DNA of 64,000 nt from Candidatus Woykebacteria bacterium (GCA_040876265.1 JBBDPN010000002.1:3954-67953); one strand, 5' to 3'. Counted from the stretch's first letter, positions 19,200 to 29,532 are shown. The notes: generated by a model from the letters alone, not told the origin. Numbers and translations are program-made.

Positions 19200-21239
19200 C
19201 TAAGCCGGGCCGCCGTAGCCGTCATCAGGGTCGGTGTCCGGAGGAGCCTGCGGTATCGGTGTCTCCGTCGGCAGGGGGTCCGTACCCGGGATGTCCTCAC
19301 CAGGCGGTACTGACCCTTCGGCGAAGTCCAGCACCTCGTCGTAGCAGATGGTTTCCGATCCGTCCAGTATGTACACCCCCAGATCGTTCTCTTCGTTGAG
19401 AGGTATCATGAACTGGACGGCCTCACCACTACCGATGAAGTCGCCGTTTAGCCACCATTCGATCTGGTGATCGAAGTTGGGTAGCCGGTCCCACTGGATA
19501 GACGCCTGCATCCGGGCGTGGGTCTGCGTGTTGTCGACCCGATGCGGACCGAGGATCGTCACTTCGCACTTTTTCGGCGTCGGTGTTGGAGACGGTTTTG
19601 GTGTCGCCGTTGGGCTGGGCTTGGGAGTCGGCGTCGGCTCTGGACCAGGCGGCTTCACCGTCCGGTTCTTCCAGACCCCGGCGTCCTTGAACTTCTCGCC
19701 ACGTTTGATGGTGAGAGTCTTCTCGCCGCTGGCCGGGTCGATCGGCTGCCACTTATCGCTAGGGGCTATCTCCCGGATCTTCACCGTCACCTGCTCGGCG
19801 TCGGTGTTGGGACCCGTAAAGATGTCCACGTCCTCGAACCGGAATTCGCCGGTTTCAGGATCGGTCTTGACCTTCAGGGTAGGCAGCCCGGGCACGGAAA
19901 GCTCGAAGGTGAAGACCTCGTTGGGAACGCGGTGCTTCTCACCGTGGACCCAGACCTTCTTGCCGACGATAGTTACCGGCGGCGGAGGCGGCGTCACCTT
20001 CCGGTTACCAAACTCCACGGGGGCTACGTCGCCGTCCTTCACCTCCACGGTCTGGGTGGTCGCCGTTGTCGCCTCCCAACCGTCGGGGATGTTGATCTCC
20101 TTCACCGTGTAGGTGCCCGGCGGCAGCGCGTCCGACACGAACAGGCCGTTGACGTCAGTGGTTACGGTCTTATCGAAGTCGGGGCCCTTGATGTGGAAGG
20201 TGAAGGTGACGTCTGCGGAAGGCGGGCCTTCACCCTTCTCCGGCTTACCGTCGCCGTCCTTGTCCTCCCATTTGATGATCTTGAGCCGGCCTTCCTTGGG
20301 GGTGGGGATGGTCAGGTTCACGCAATCGTCAAGCAGCGTGAACTTGTTGTCCTTACCCTTGACGCTGATCACCTTGGCGTCTGTTGGCGAGCCTGAGTAG
20401 TCGACGGTTCGGGCCTCGACGCTGTTGCAATCGTCGGAGCGCAGCAGCACGTTGGTCTTGACGATCTCTGTGAAGTGAGGGATCTCCTCGATGTTGGTGA
20501 TGTCCGAGGCCTGCACATCGATGCCCTGGCAGCGCAGCCCGGAGGCCGCTTGCTCTTTGAGAGCATCGGTTTCCGAGGCGCTGGGTGCCGACGCGGTTGC
20601 CCCGGCAAACCCCTCATCGATCACGTAGGAGGCTTCACTCGCCGGTAAGGGTGCTGGCTGATCAAGCGTAGCCGGGTAGATGTCTACCTGCTGCCGACCT
20701 TCCGCTAGGAGGTTTGGTGTGTCCTGATCCCAGTACCCAAACGCGAAGGTCTGGAGCTCCACCACCTCGGCGTCAGCCACCTCGATTCGGTAGTAACCGG
20801 AGTCGTCGGTGGTCAGCACTTCGAGCTGACTGGAGCCGATTGGCGCGTCGCTACTCCTGGCCCGAACCGCCTGCAGCGCTGAGAGGTCTGTGACCGCCGC
20901 AACGCTGGGCTGGAAGTCCGGGTGGCGGTATCGAAGCACCTGCACGTGGGCGTTCGGTAACGCCTCGCCTGAGTGGCGATCACGCACGTAGCCCTCGAGT
21001 GAGGTAGTGCCGTCCGCAGATGGCCCCAGGTCAGTGACCTGGTAACCTGGCTCCTGGGAGTACTCCTGACTCACCATGGTGCCGTTGCGGAGATGGTCTC
21101 CACCTCCGGACAAGAGGACGAACGCGAGCATCACCGCCGCCCCTACGGCTACTCCTGCCGGGGCGACCGAGTACACGCGCCTCTTCTGGAAAACGATCAC
21201 AGCGAGGAACGCTGCGATCACCAATATGAAAACCCACAT
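19200..21239 (-). CDS. N-terminally TM-anchored protein with Cna-B/prealbumin-like repeats and a Pro/Thr-rich PTPKPSPT linker; GC-rich (about 60%) single-gene island
   Basis: PGTYTVKEINIPDGWE matches the Cna B GxYxLxE..P.GY motif. Low-complexity PEPTPTPKPSPTATPKPSPTPTP linker. GC content rises sharply exactly at the ORF borders. Confidence 0.5.
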   Translation of the reverse strand: MWVFILVIAAFLAVIVFQKRRVYSVAPAGVAVGAAVMLAFVLLSGGGDHLRNGTMVSQEYSQEPGYQVTDLGPSADGTTSLEGYVRDRHSGEALPNAHVQVLRYRHPDFQPSVAAVTDLSALQAVRARSSDAPIGSSQLEVLTTDDSGYYRIEVADAEVVELQTFAFGYWDQDTPNLLAEGRQQVDIYPATLDQPAPLPASEASYVIDEGFAGATASAPSASETDALKEQAASGLRCQGIDVQASDITNIEEIPHFTEIVKTNVLLRSDDCNSVEARTVDYSGSPTDAKVISVKGKDNKFTLLDDCVNLTIPTPKEGRLKIIKWEDKDGDGKPEKGEGPPSADVTFTFHIKGPDFDKTVTTDVNGLFVSDALPPGTYTVKEINIPDGWEATTATTQTVEVKDGDVAPVEFGNRKVTPPPPPVTIVGKKVWVHGEKHRVPNEVFTFELSVPGLPTLKVKTDPETGEFRFEDVDIFTGPNTDAEQVTVKIREIAPSDKWQPIDPASGEKTLTIKRGEKFKDAGVWKNRTVKPPGPEPTPTPKPSPTATPKPSPTPTPKKCEVTILGPHRVDNTQTHARMQASIQWDRLPNFDHQIEWWLNGDFIGSGEAVQFMIPLNEENDLGVYILDGSETICYDEVLDFAEGSVPPGEDIPGTDPLPTETPIPQAPPDTDPDDGYGGPA

Positions 21240-22381
21240 GTGCGGGTCCTCCTTTCTTGAACTATCGACTGCCGATTTTGATTGCCTTAGGATTTATTAA
21301 GGTGCGAAGCAAAAATGAACCTACCTCGGGCTTACGCCCATGGTACCCTCTTTTGCTTACAAAATAAAAACTGCCTGGCAGACAGCCTTTATCTCTACTT
21401 ATTAAAGTTAGCGAATTGTACAATCAATTTGTGGAAATGTCAACTATAGGGTTCTCATACCTTATGCCTTGCTCCGCAAGCCAGGTATTGCGAACCCTGC
21501 GTTCAAGCATAGTCTAACGGCTATTTGCTTGAACTAAGGTTGGTTTATACTATCGGGAATTTTAATGACTCCAGGATGTTTTTTTGTGGTAAAAAAAGAG
21601 AGTTGAGTATAAAAAAAAATAAAAACCGTGAACCTTATTCCTCAGCGCCCAGTATGAGTGTTACCCCAAACCAGACGCCGGGGAACAATTTCCACGGCCC
21701 CGCCAGCTGGCGGATTGAACCTAGTTGAACAACTTATTTATTCAAAAATGGCTTATTTTTGTAAATATCGTTGCTATACTTTGTTATAGTGCTACCCTTA
21801 CAAAATCTTCTTGATCGACTTCAGGGTTGACTTTTCTCTCGCTTAACTGTTTAATAGAAATTAATCAGTACACCTGCTGTCCAGATGTACTTTCAGAAAC
21901 ACTGCCATCGGTGTCAAAGTCCTTCCGACCATGGCGGTGTTTCGTTTTATAAGCCTTTCAGATAATTCCTCCCCTACTCCGCATGACGCTTCGCAGGGGG
22001 TCGTCACAGTCCCCTGCCCAAAGACTGTGACCAAGGACCTACCATTACCCCTTTTGGGGGAACAAGGCAGAAGGCCTTGCTTTATCAAGTACCAGTTTCT
22101 CACAAATTCTTTTTTTTGTCAAGTTTTTTAGTCCCATAGAAAATTTACCCACGAAAAACGTGGGTCCTATAGTGGATTTAGGTTCAGAAATGGCCGCTTG
22201 AAGGCTTGCGGGAAATAAATCTCCCCCGGGTTTACTCCCGTGGTATCTTCTTTTGCTCGCAAAATAAATTTCTCGCGACGGGAAAACACACCTTTCGTGA
22301 ATTATTTATCAGTTAAGAAGGTGGCTTAGGTACTGGAGGTTTAGTTGGTTTGTTTGGGCAGCACGAATATATGCCTAATCA

Positions 22382-23320
22382 CTACGCTTCTTGTCTTTCC
22401 TCAGCTTGACCAAACTGAGTAAATATCATCCGACCGGCGGACGTTTGCAGCACTCGAAGGACTTTTGTAGAAACGCTCTTGCCTAGGTACGCTGCGCCAT
22501 TTTCAACCACAATCATTGTGCCATCGGGTAAATACCCCACGCCCTGGGACTTCTCTTTCCCAACCTGAATTACCTTTACGTCTAGTGGTTCCCCGGGAAG
22601 CAAGGTAGTTTTCAGAGCGTTGACCAATTCGTTGATGTTAAGGATCTTGATGCCAGAAACCGTAGCTACTTTATTTAGATTAAAATCTGTGGTCATCACC
22701 TTCGCCTTCATAGATTTGGCCAGGTTCAACAGCTTTTCATCAATGTTTTTTCCTTTTACATCATCGTTATCATAAATTTGAGTTTTTACCTGCTTAGATT
22801 TTTTTAGATTTTCCAATATATCCAGACCCCTACGTCCTTTTCCTCTCCTCAAAGCATTGGAGGCATCGGCAATATGTTGAAGCTCAGAAAGGATAAATCT
22901 AGGCACGACCAGCGTACCGTGGAGGAAACCACTCTCAGCCATGTCAGCTACCCTACCGTCAATGAGGGCGCTGGTGTCAACTAAAATAGGATTTAGATAA
23001 CCATTTTCTCCTCTTTTCTTCGGTTGCCTCCTGCTAATCCGATTGCGCAGATCTCGCATTCCGTCAAGGTTTGGTAAGTGCAGCTGTGATATGATCTCGT
23101 TGGCCACCCTTTTGGCAAAAATACTACTCCAATAACCGATCCACCGACTAACAATCGGTACAATAAAAATACCTGCCGCGCCAGCTGCCAGAGCAAGTAT
23201 TAGATTTACACTCATCGCAGTTTGACTATTTTCTATTGTTAGAAGATTATTGGTCAAAAAGAAGCCTATTCCTCCAAAGGCAATACCAAGGACAATACGT
23301 GAAATAAATTGAATATTCAT
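22382..23320 (-). CDS. YacL-like membrane protein with PIN and TRAM domains
   Basis: Two N-terminal TM helices, PIN motif ILVDTSALIDGR and a C-terminal TRAM-like beta domain. Lies directly downstream of radA, as in Bacillus radA-yacL. Confidence 0.65.
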   Translation of the reverse strand: MNIQFISRIVLGIAFGGIGFFLTNNLLTIENSQTAMSVNLILALAAGAAGIFIVPIVSRWIGYWSSIFAKRVANEIISQLHLPNLDGMRDLRNRISRRQPKKRGENGYLNPILVDTSALIDGRVADMAESGFLHGTLVVPRFILSELQHIADASNALRRGKGRRGLDILENLKKSKQVKTQIYDNDDVKGKNIDEKLLNLAKSMKAKVMTTDFNLNKVATVSGIKILNINELVNALKTTLLPGEPLDVKVIQVGKEKSQGVGYLPDGTMIVVENGAAYLGKSVSTKVLRVLQTSAGRMIFTQFGQAEERQEA

Positions 23321-23404
23321 TTCTAGTGGGTTCCTTTCTGAAAGCCAAGCGGGATAAATATGGGGATAATTCCTTTTTGAACGAATTAACCGCTTACTCT
23401 CTTA

Positions 23405-24712
23405 TTAACTTTTTAGAACGAGAGCAGCTTTTACTGCTTCTCGCAAGGTTCTTACTTTTTTACCGGTTATAAAATTTTTAAACCCAAGTTTTCTTGCTTC
23501 TCGCAGCCTCTTTTCTTCAAAAGGAGCGTTTCTTATCTCTCCGAGAAGCCCTACCTCACCAATAGCAACAGTAGTATTAGATATTACCCTATCTAGGGCG
23601 CTACTTGCAATAGCCAAGCAAATAGCCAAATCTATTCCTGGTTCTCTTACCTGAAGTCCGCCGGCTAAATTCACAAAGACATCCTGATTACCAAGTGGAA
23701 TTGCCGCTCTTTTACTCAAAGTAGCTACTAGAAGTTGCAAACGGTTTGGATCTATACCCGAGGATCTCCGCACCGGCAGTCCAAAGCTAGTTGGGTTGGT
23801 AAGAGCTTGTACTTCAGTTAAAATGGGTCGGGAGCCTTCCATCACCGGTACCACAATTGATCCGGGTGCTTTCACCCTAGTGGATAAAAATTCTTTGGAC
23901 GGGTTTTTTACCTCGTGCATCCCCCCCTCGTCCATCTCAAAAACACCTATCTCATCGACCGGCCCAAATCTATTTTTTGTGGCTGAAAGAATCCGAAATA
24001 CCCTCCCGGTGTCACCCTGTAAGTAGAGAACTGTATCTACTAGATGCTCGAGAACTTTTGGCCCGGCGATCGAGCCCTCCTTTGTCACGTGCCCAACCAG
24101 AAATACCGCAATGTTTTTGGATTTTGCTAGCCTCTGCAATCTGTAAGCTGTTTCTCTCACCTGGCCAATACTTCCCGCCGCCGTTGATAAATCGTTTGTA
24201 ACGACGGTTTGGATGGAATCAACAACTACAATTTGATAATCGCCCTCGTTTGCAGCCGCAAGTATTTGGTCGATATCTGTTTCGGTAAAGATGAAGAGGT
24301 CGTTGGCTTTTTTTCCGAGCCGGTCAAAACGCAACCTAACTTGCTGGGCGCTTTCTTCGCCTGATATATAAAGACTTTTAAAAAAGGAGGCTATCTGTAG
24401 CAGGAGGGTTGATTTGCCTATACCCGGATCCCCAGCCAAAAGGACCAGACTTCCAGGTACGATACCACCACCAAGCACCCTATCTAGCTCAGCTACTTTA
24501 GTTTCAATACGTTTTAGGGGTTTCTGAGCAGCCTCGGACAATCTTAGGGGTTTCGTAGTAAGTTGGACACTACCACCTCCAGCAACGCCTTTGGACGCAA
24601 CAACTGTTTCAACCAAACTATTCCATGCGTTGCAATTTGGACATTTCCCTAAATACTGGGGGGATTGATAGTCACATTGTTGACAAATATAAGTAGTCGT
24701 CGCTTTGGCCAT
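23405..24712 (-). CDS. radA: DNA repair protein RadA/Sms
   Basis: N-terminal Zn finger CQQCDYQSPQYLGKCPNCNAW. RecA-like Walker A GDPGIGKST. C-terminal Lon-protease-like domain. Confidence 0.9.
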   Translation of the reverse strand: MAKATTTYICQQCDYQSPQYLGKCPNCNAWNSLVETVVASKGVAGGGSVQLTTKPLRLSEAAQKPLKRIETKVAELDRVLGGGIVPGSLVLLAGDPGIGKSTLLLQIASFFKSLYISGEESAQQVRLRFDRLGKKANDLFIFTETDIDQILAAANEGDYQIVVVDSIQTVVTNDLSTAAGSIGQVRETAYRLQRLAKSKNIAVFLVGHVTKEGSIAGPKVLEHLVDTVLYLQGDTGRVFRILSATKNRFGPVDEIGVFEMDEGGMHEVKNPSKEFLSTRVKAPGSIVVPVMEGSRPILTEVQALTNPTSFGLPVRRSSGIDPNRLQLLVATLSKRAAIPLGNQDVFVNLAGGLQVREPGIDLAICLAIASSALDRVISNTTVAIGEVGLLGEIRNAPFEEKRLREARKLGFKNFITGKKVRTLREAVKAALVLKS

Positions 24713-24810
24713 TGCCCAACCATTCTAGTAAACAGTGCTTGATTTGACAAGCTTTAAGCCTAGATTTATAATTCAGCCCGCTCAAAGAGATCGGTTAAAC
24801 GAAAGGAGCA

Positions 24811-25380
24811 TTGGAATTGCCCGAAGAAAGGACCGGCGAAGCGTTCGAGGACGAAGAGCAACTGACAGTCATCGGCCTCCAGCTTCAAGTTGGCGAAAAA
24901 GCACCTCCTTTCCAGCTTACTCTCTCGCACAGCCCCCTCAAAGAAGTAACGCCGGTGTTGTCGTCGTACTTCAGAGGCAGGGTTGTTCTGCTAAGTTTCG
25001 TAAACGCACTCAGTACGTCTGTCTGCCGAGACCAAACACGGTTCTTAGAAGACCATACCCAAGCCCTCCCTTTGCGGGAAAGCGGCGCAATCATTATTAC
25101 CGTGAGCATGGAACCGTCAATTTACCTGGCTGGTTGGAGAGACGGCGCAGCTCTTTCGTTGCAACAACTACTTTCTGCAGAGCACAACCCAAAGCTCCTA
25201 GAAGCTTACGGTGTTAGCATCAAGGAGTGGCCAAACATGCCGCAGCGCGCTGTCTTTGTAATCGGCGGTGATGGTAACCTTGTCTTAGTTCGATACATCG
25301 CTGATCAAGGAAGCCAAGAAGAGGCTGACTCCGCAGTAATGGACGCTGTCGAGGCGGTCAACAAGCTGCTAAAAGCGTGA
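24811..25380 (+). CDS. tpx: Thiol peroxidase (Tpx-type peroxiredoxin)
   Basis: Redoxin fold with LSTSVC motif, matching the Tpx peroxidatic-Cys block SLDTPVC. GC is elevated relative to the neighbours. Confidence 0.6.
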   Translation: MELPEERTGEAFEDEEQLTVIGLQLQVGEKAPPFQLTLSHSPLKEVTPVLSSYFRGRVVLLSFVNALSTSVCRDQTRFLEDHTQALPLRESGAIIITVSMEPSIYLAGWRDGAALSLQQLLSAEHNPKLLEAYGVSIKEWPNMPQRAVFVIGGDGNLVLVRYIADQGSQEEADSAVMDAVEAVNKLLKA

Positions 25381-25440
25381 CTCTAGGAGAAATTGCGGCG
25401 CTTGTGTTTATGCTCTGCATCTGCACCAGCGCCGTACGTC

Positions 25441-27876
25441 TTACTTGACAGTAATTTGGCCTTTTTCTATGGTTACTTGTACACTGTCGCCTTTTTTGGG
25501 ACGAGTGGAGAGAATAGACTCCGATAGCGGGTCTTCAATGGTTTCTGTTATAACCCTTTGCAACTCCCTTGCACCAAACTCTTCTGAGAAACCTTTTTCG
25601 ACGAGGAAATCATAAACCTTCTTATCTACCACAAGCTTCATACCGTGTTCTTCTTTTAATCTCTTGGCAGCTTCTTTCACTAGTATCTTGGCTATCTGTT
25701 TTACGTTTTTGGTAGAAAGTGGTCGGAAAACTACAACCGAATCTAGACGATTGAGAAATTCGATCTTAAACACACGTCGGAGCTCCTCGTTTAACTTTTG
25801 GGAAATATCACGGAAACGCTCTTTCTCAGCTGCTTTTGCTGAAGAACTCGTAAACCCAACATTTCCCTCCTTCCTTATCAGGTGACTACCAACATTACTG
25901 GTCATGATAATAAGGGTATTACGGAAATTTACGTTCCTACCTTTACCATCTACCAAGTGCCCGTCGTCTAGTACTTGGAGCAAAATATTGAAAACCTCAG
26001 GGTGGGCTTTTTCTATTTCATCAAACAAAACCACGCTGTATGGTTTCCGCCGCAGTTTCTCAGTAAGCTCTCCACCTTCTTCATACCCAACGTAGCCGGG
26101 TGGAGCACCGATGAGTCGAGCTACTGTGTGGTGTTCGGAAAATTCGCTCATGTCCAGCCGGATAAAATTCTCTGGGGTGTTAAACAAAATTTCTGCTAGC
26201 CTCTGAGCGACCAGTGTCTTTCCCACCCCGCTGGTACCTAGAAAAATAAAACTGCCCGCCGGTCTGGTTGGACTACGTAGTCCAACTCTGTTTCTTCGCA
26301 GCACCCCAGCTACTTGTCTGAGCACATGATTTTGGCCAACAACCCTTGTAGCCAATTGTTTCTCAAGATCCAGAAGCCTCTGGGCTTCAGTTGTGGTGAG
26401 TTCTTCAATGGGAATTCCAGTAATTGTTGACACCACTTCGGTTATGTCTTTTTCCTCAACTACTTTTGAATAAATTTTAGAGCTGCGGTTAAGAATTTTC
26501 TGAAGTCGGTCGCTGTAGTTTTTTTCCTTTTCGCGGACATTGTCGGCTTCAAACCAAATCTCATTTTTGACAAGCTGGTCCTTTTCTGTCTTTAATTTTT
26601 CCAACTTATCGCTTATCTTGGCGGCGGTCTTACTCAAATCACCGGAGGTTACCGTTTTTTTACTCGAGGCCTCATCCAAAATATCTATCGCCGAGTCTGG
26701 CAAGTGGCGATCCACAAGATAGCGCTGAGCCAGTTTCACGGCCGCTTCAATAGCGTTTCTCCTTATCCTTACCCCGTGGTAGGACTCATATTTGTGTTTC
26801 AGACCTTCAAGTATGGAAACTGTAGTTTTGGCATCTGGTTCTTCCACATATATTGGCTGAAATCGCCTCTCAAGAGCGGCGTCCTCTTCGATATATTCAG
26901 CGTACTCTTCAGCTGTAGTAGCCCCGATACAACGCAGCTCGCCGCGAGCCAGCGTCGGTTTAAGAATATTAGCTGCATCCAGGGCTCCACCGGCTCCACC
27001 AGCTCCAACTATTGTTTGGATTTCGTCTATGAAAAGGATGACGTTGCCGCCTTCCTTAATTTCATCAATGATACCCAATAGTCGCTCTTCAAAGTCGCCT
27101 CTAAACCTAGTCCCGGCCACCAAAGCATTAATATCCAAACTAATCAAACGGGTGTCAAAAAACTTTTGAGGCACCTCTTTTTGGACGATTCTTTGAGCCA
27201 GGCCTTCGACTATTGCTGTTTTGCCAACGCCGGCGTTCCCCAGAAGTACCGGGTTGTTTTTTATCCGCCGAGAAAGCACTTGAAGTACGCGGGTGATTTC
27301 CGGCTCTCTCATCAAAACTGGGTCCAGCTCCTTCTTTCTGGCTGAATTCGTCAAATCTCTACCGTAAGTATTTAGGAGAGGGGTGGTAGGCTCTTTCACG
27401 ATCGTTGGTTGGGGTTGAATAGGAGTATAATTTTCTACTCTACCTTTGAGGCTATCGTAAGTAATGCCCCAGCTTCTTAGTATGTGGCAGGCTAAGCCAG
27501 AGGGAGTTTTGGCAAGACCACAAAGCAAATGTTCTGTACCTACGTAAGCACTGCCCCAGAGATAAGCTTGGAGCGCAGCAGTGGCAATAGCCTCTTGAGC
27601 ACTTTCTGTAAAACCTTCGTCTTTCCCATCGCTCCTTCTCTTTTCAGCAGATTCTTGCGAATCGGTCGAGGAAAGGACTGACTCCTTTATTTTTTCACCA
27701 TCTACTTGAAATGAGGCTAATACTTTGTAAGCAACAGAAGATCCATCCGCCAAAATACCCAGCAGTATGTGCTCGGTATCGACCAGCTCGGTTCCCAACG
27801 ATTTAGCTTCCTTGGCTGCTTTGCCCAGGACCTTTTTTGCTCTTTCAGTGAATTTTTCAGTGACCTTTTTTGACAT
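25441..27876 (-). CDS. clpC: ATP-dependent Clp protease ATP-binding subunit ClpC (class III AAA+)
   Basis: Clp N-domain repeats. Two AAA modules with GNAGVGKT and GTSGVGKT Walker A. Short middle domain. Length 811 aa. Confidence 0.85.
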   Translation of the reverse strand: MSKKVTEKFTERAKKVLGKAAKEAKSLGTELVDTEHILLGILADGSSVAYKVLASFQVDGEKIKESVLSSTDSQESAEKRRSDGKDEGFTESAQEAIATAALQAYLWGSAYVGTEHLLCGLAKTPSGLACHILRSWGITYDSLKGRVENYTPIQPQPTIVKEPTTPLLNTYGRDLTNSARKKELDPVLMREPEITRVLQVLSRRIKNNPVLLGNAGVGKTAIVEGLAQRIVQKEVPQKFFDTRLISLDINALVAGTRFRGDFEERLLGIIDEIKEGGNVILFIDEIQTIVGAGGAGGALDAANILKPTLARGELRCIGATTAEEYAEYIEEDAALERRFQPIYVEEPDAKTTVSILEGLKHKYESYHGVRIRRNAIEAAVKLAQRYLVDRHLPDSAIDILDEASSKKTVTSGDLSKTAAKISDKLEKLKTEKDQLVKNEIWFEADNVREKEKNYSDRLQKILNRSSKIYSKVVEEKDITEVVSTITGIPIEELTTTEAQRLLDLEKQLATRVVGQNHVLRQVAGVLRRNRVGLRSPTRPAGSFIFLGTSGVGKTLVAQRLAEILFNTPENFIRLDMSEFSEHHTVARLIGAPPGYVGYEEGGELTEKLRRKPYSVVLFDEIEKAHPEVFNILLQVLDDGHLVDGKGRNVNFRNTLIIMTSNVGSHLIRKEGNVGFTSSSAKAAEKERFRDISQKLNEELRRVFKIEFLNRLDSVVVFRPLSTKNVKQIAKILVKEAAKRLKEEHGMKLVVDKKVYDFLVEKGFSEEFGARELQRVITETIEDPLSESILSTRPKKGDSVQVTIEKGQITVK

Positions 27877-29026
27877 CCTTGGTGCGTTTATCTTTATTTA
27901 CGGCTTTGGCTTTCGCTGGCTTGGACTTTGTATTATCCGGCTCTTTTTCCTCTTGCGCAAGTCTCAAGGCAACCCTTTTTTGGTCGCTGTTAAAAAGATC
28001 TACTTGTATCTTTACTTTATCACCGCCTTTAAATTCTACTCTGTAAGGGATTTTCGAGCTATGGATTAACCCTTCGATGCCTTCTTCCAGTTCAACAAAC
28101 ACACCGTAGCTACTTGTTCTAGAAACCGGGCGCTCAAATATTTCACCAACTTTGTATTTCTTTTCTGCCTCTTTCCAAGGATCTTTCTCCAGCTGCTTTA
28201 TGGACAGGTTGATCCTACCACTACCTGCATCAATGGAAATAAGCTTTGCTTGGAGCTTTTGTCCCAATTTAAAATTTTCGGCCAGCCCTGTAACTTTCTT
28301 CCAGGAAATTTCACTTATGTGGACAAGACCGTCCGGCCCGGAGGGTGTTGAAACGAGCAACCCAAAAGGCAAGATCTTCGCCACTACTACGTCTAAAACA
28401 TCACCCACCTTAAAGGGAAGTTCCATTTTGGGAAAGATCTCAGCGGTTGTATCTTTTTCGGAAAAAACTAGTTTGTTCTGACGAGCGTTTATCTGCAACA
28501 CTTTCACTGTGATAGGCTTACCTACAGCTTGTTTCGGCTCGGTAACTAAATGCGAAGACGGCACAAAACCTCTAGTGCCTTTGTAATCAACGATTAAGCC
28601 ACCCCTATTGTTGGTTACTCCTTTTACATCTACAGTTTCTCCTTTGTCATAAAGCTGTTGCAGGTTCTCCCAAGCCTTTTCCTTGATTGCTTTTTTTACG
28701 GTAAGAATTACAGTGCCGCTATCACCTTCTGATTGCGCTACTATAGTTTTTACTTTTTTACCAACCTCCGGCTTTTCTCCCACCTCTTCAAGCTCCCTGC
28801 GGGGGATAATACCTTCAGCTTTTACGCCAATATCTATAAGCACTGACTCTGGGAGTATGGAAACAACTGTGCCTTCTACAGTCTCGCCTCTGGAAAGAAT
28901 TCTGGGTTCAAATCCTTTACCAACAAGAAGCTGGGCCATTTTCGACCCCGATGTATCGGGGGAAAAAACACGTCCTCGTATTTTTGATTGTGGGTTGGTT
29001 TCTTCATTAACATTTTTCTTGGTCAT
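27857..29026 (-). CDS. rpsA: 30S ribosomal protein S1 (four S1 domains)
   Basis: Four S1/OB repeats (GETVEGTV.., GETVDVKGV.., VGDVLDVVV.., VGEIFERPV..). Start placed at MTKKNV because the longer ORF start overlaps the upstream tandem repeat, so the start is uncertain. Confidence 0.75.
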   Translation of the reverse strand: MTKKNVNEETNPQSKIRGRVFSPDTSGSKMAQLLVGKGFEPRILSRGETVEGTVVSILPESVLIDIGVKAEGIIPRRELEEVGEKPEVGKKVKTIVAQSEGDSGTVILTVKKAIKEKAWENLQQLYDKGETVDVKGVTNNRGGLIVDYKGTRGFVPSSHLVTEPKQAVGKPITVKVLQINARQNKLVFSEKDTTAEIFPKMELPFKVGDVLDVVVAKILPFGLLVSTPSGPDGLVHISEISWKKVTGLAENFKLGQKLQAKLISIDAGSGRINLSIKQLEKDPWKEAEKKYKVGEIFERPVSRTSSYGVFVELEEGIEGLIHSSKIPYRVEFKGGDKVKIQVDLFNSDQKRVALRLAQEEKEPDNTKSKPAKAKAVNKDKRTKDVKKGH

Positions 29027-29079
29027 GTATTGTTTAAGTAAACCTACCTTTCCATAAGAATAAGAAGTAGAAACATTAT

Positions 29080-29165
29080 ATCTCACCAGAGAAACAATCG
29101 CGAGATGTAATCTTGCGATTATATCTCGCCAGAGAAAAAAGCGCGAGATGTAATCTTGCGATTAT
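29080..29165. repeat. Two perfect-length tandem 43-nt repeats (ATCTCRCCAGAGAAAMAAKCGCGAGATGTAATCTTGCGATTAT) in the rpsA leader, downstream of 5S
   Basis: Units at 29080-29122 and 29123-29165 differ at 4 positions. Each unit contains an imperfect hairpin (AATCGCGAG...CTTGCGATT). Confidence 0.7.
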
Positions 29166-29422
29166 AACCAGGCGAGCAATAGATTTCAAATGAACAACCC
29201 AGCGTTGCTGTTGGGCTAATCATAAAAATGAGACGTGACCTTAGCCCACGACCTGGCTGACTTCAGGCAGGAGTGGTCGCAGACCATGTTACATATAAAT
29301 AGGCCGTGAATCTTAAATAGTGGAATGCTATCTGACAACGATCAAGATAGCAATGCAACTATCGCAGGTCATGGCCAACAAATGAAAAGCCCCGATTTTA
29401 ATCGGGGCTTAACATATTAATA

Positions 29423-29532
29423 CGGCCATGACCTACTTTCCCAGGCCCTGCGGACCAAGTATCATCGGCGCTGCCAGTTTTTACGACCGAGTTCGGGATG
29501 GGATCGGGTAGAGCCCTGGCGCTCCAACGGCC
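29423..29532 (-). rRNA. rrf: 5S rRNA
   Basis: The minus strand reads ...CCCGAACUCGGUCGUAAAAACUGGCAGCGCCGAUGAUACUUGG...GGGAAAGUAGGUCAUGGCCG, matching 5S conserved blocks. Ends are approximate. Confidence 0.7.

Noticed and set aside
19429-20617. Several long ORFs (up to 292 aa) on the plus strand opposite the GC-rich Cna-B gene
   Set aside because: High-GC DNA produces long stop-free antisense frames. Their translations are Arg/Gly/Pro-rich low-complexity, and the sense-strand gene has clear domain structure.
24735-25217. 160-aa plus-strand ORF overlapping the tpx region in another frame
   Set aside because: Arg/Pro-rich junk translation. The Tpx frame carries the conserved peroxidatic-Cys motif.
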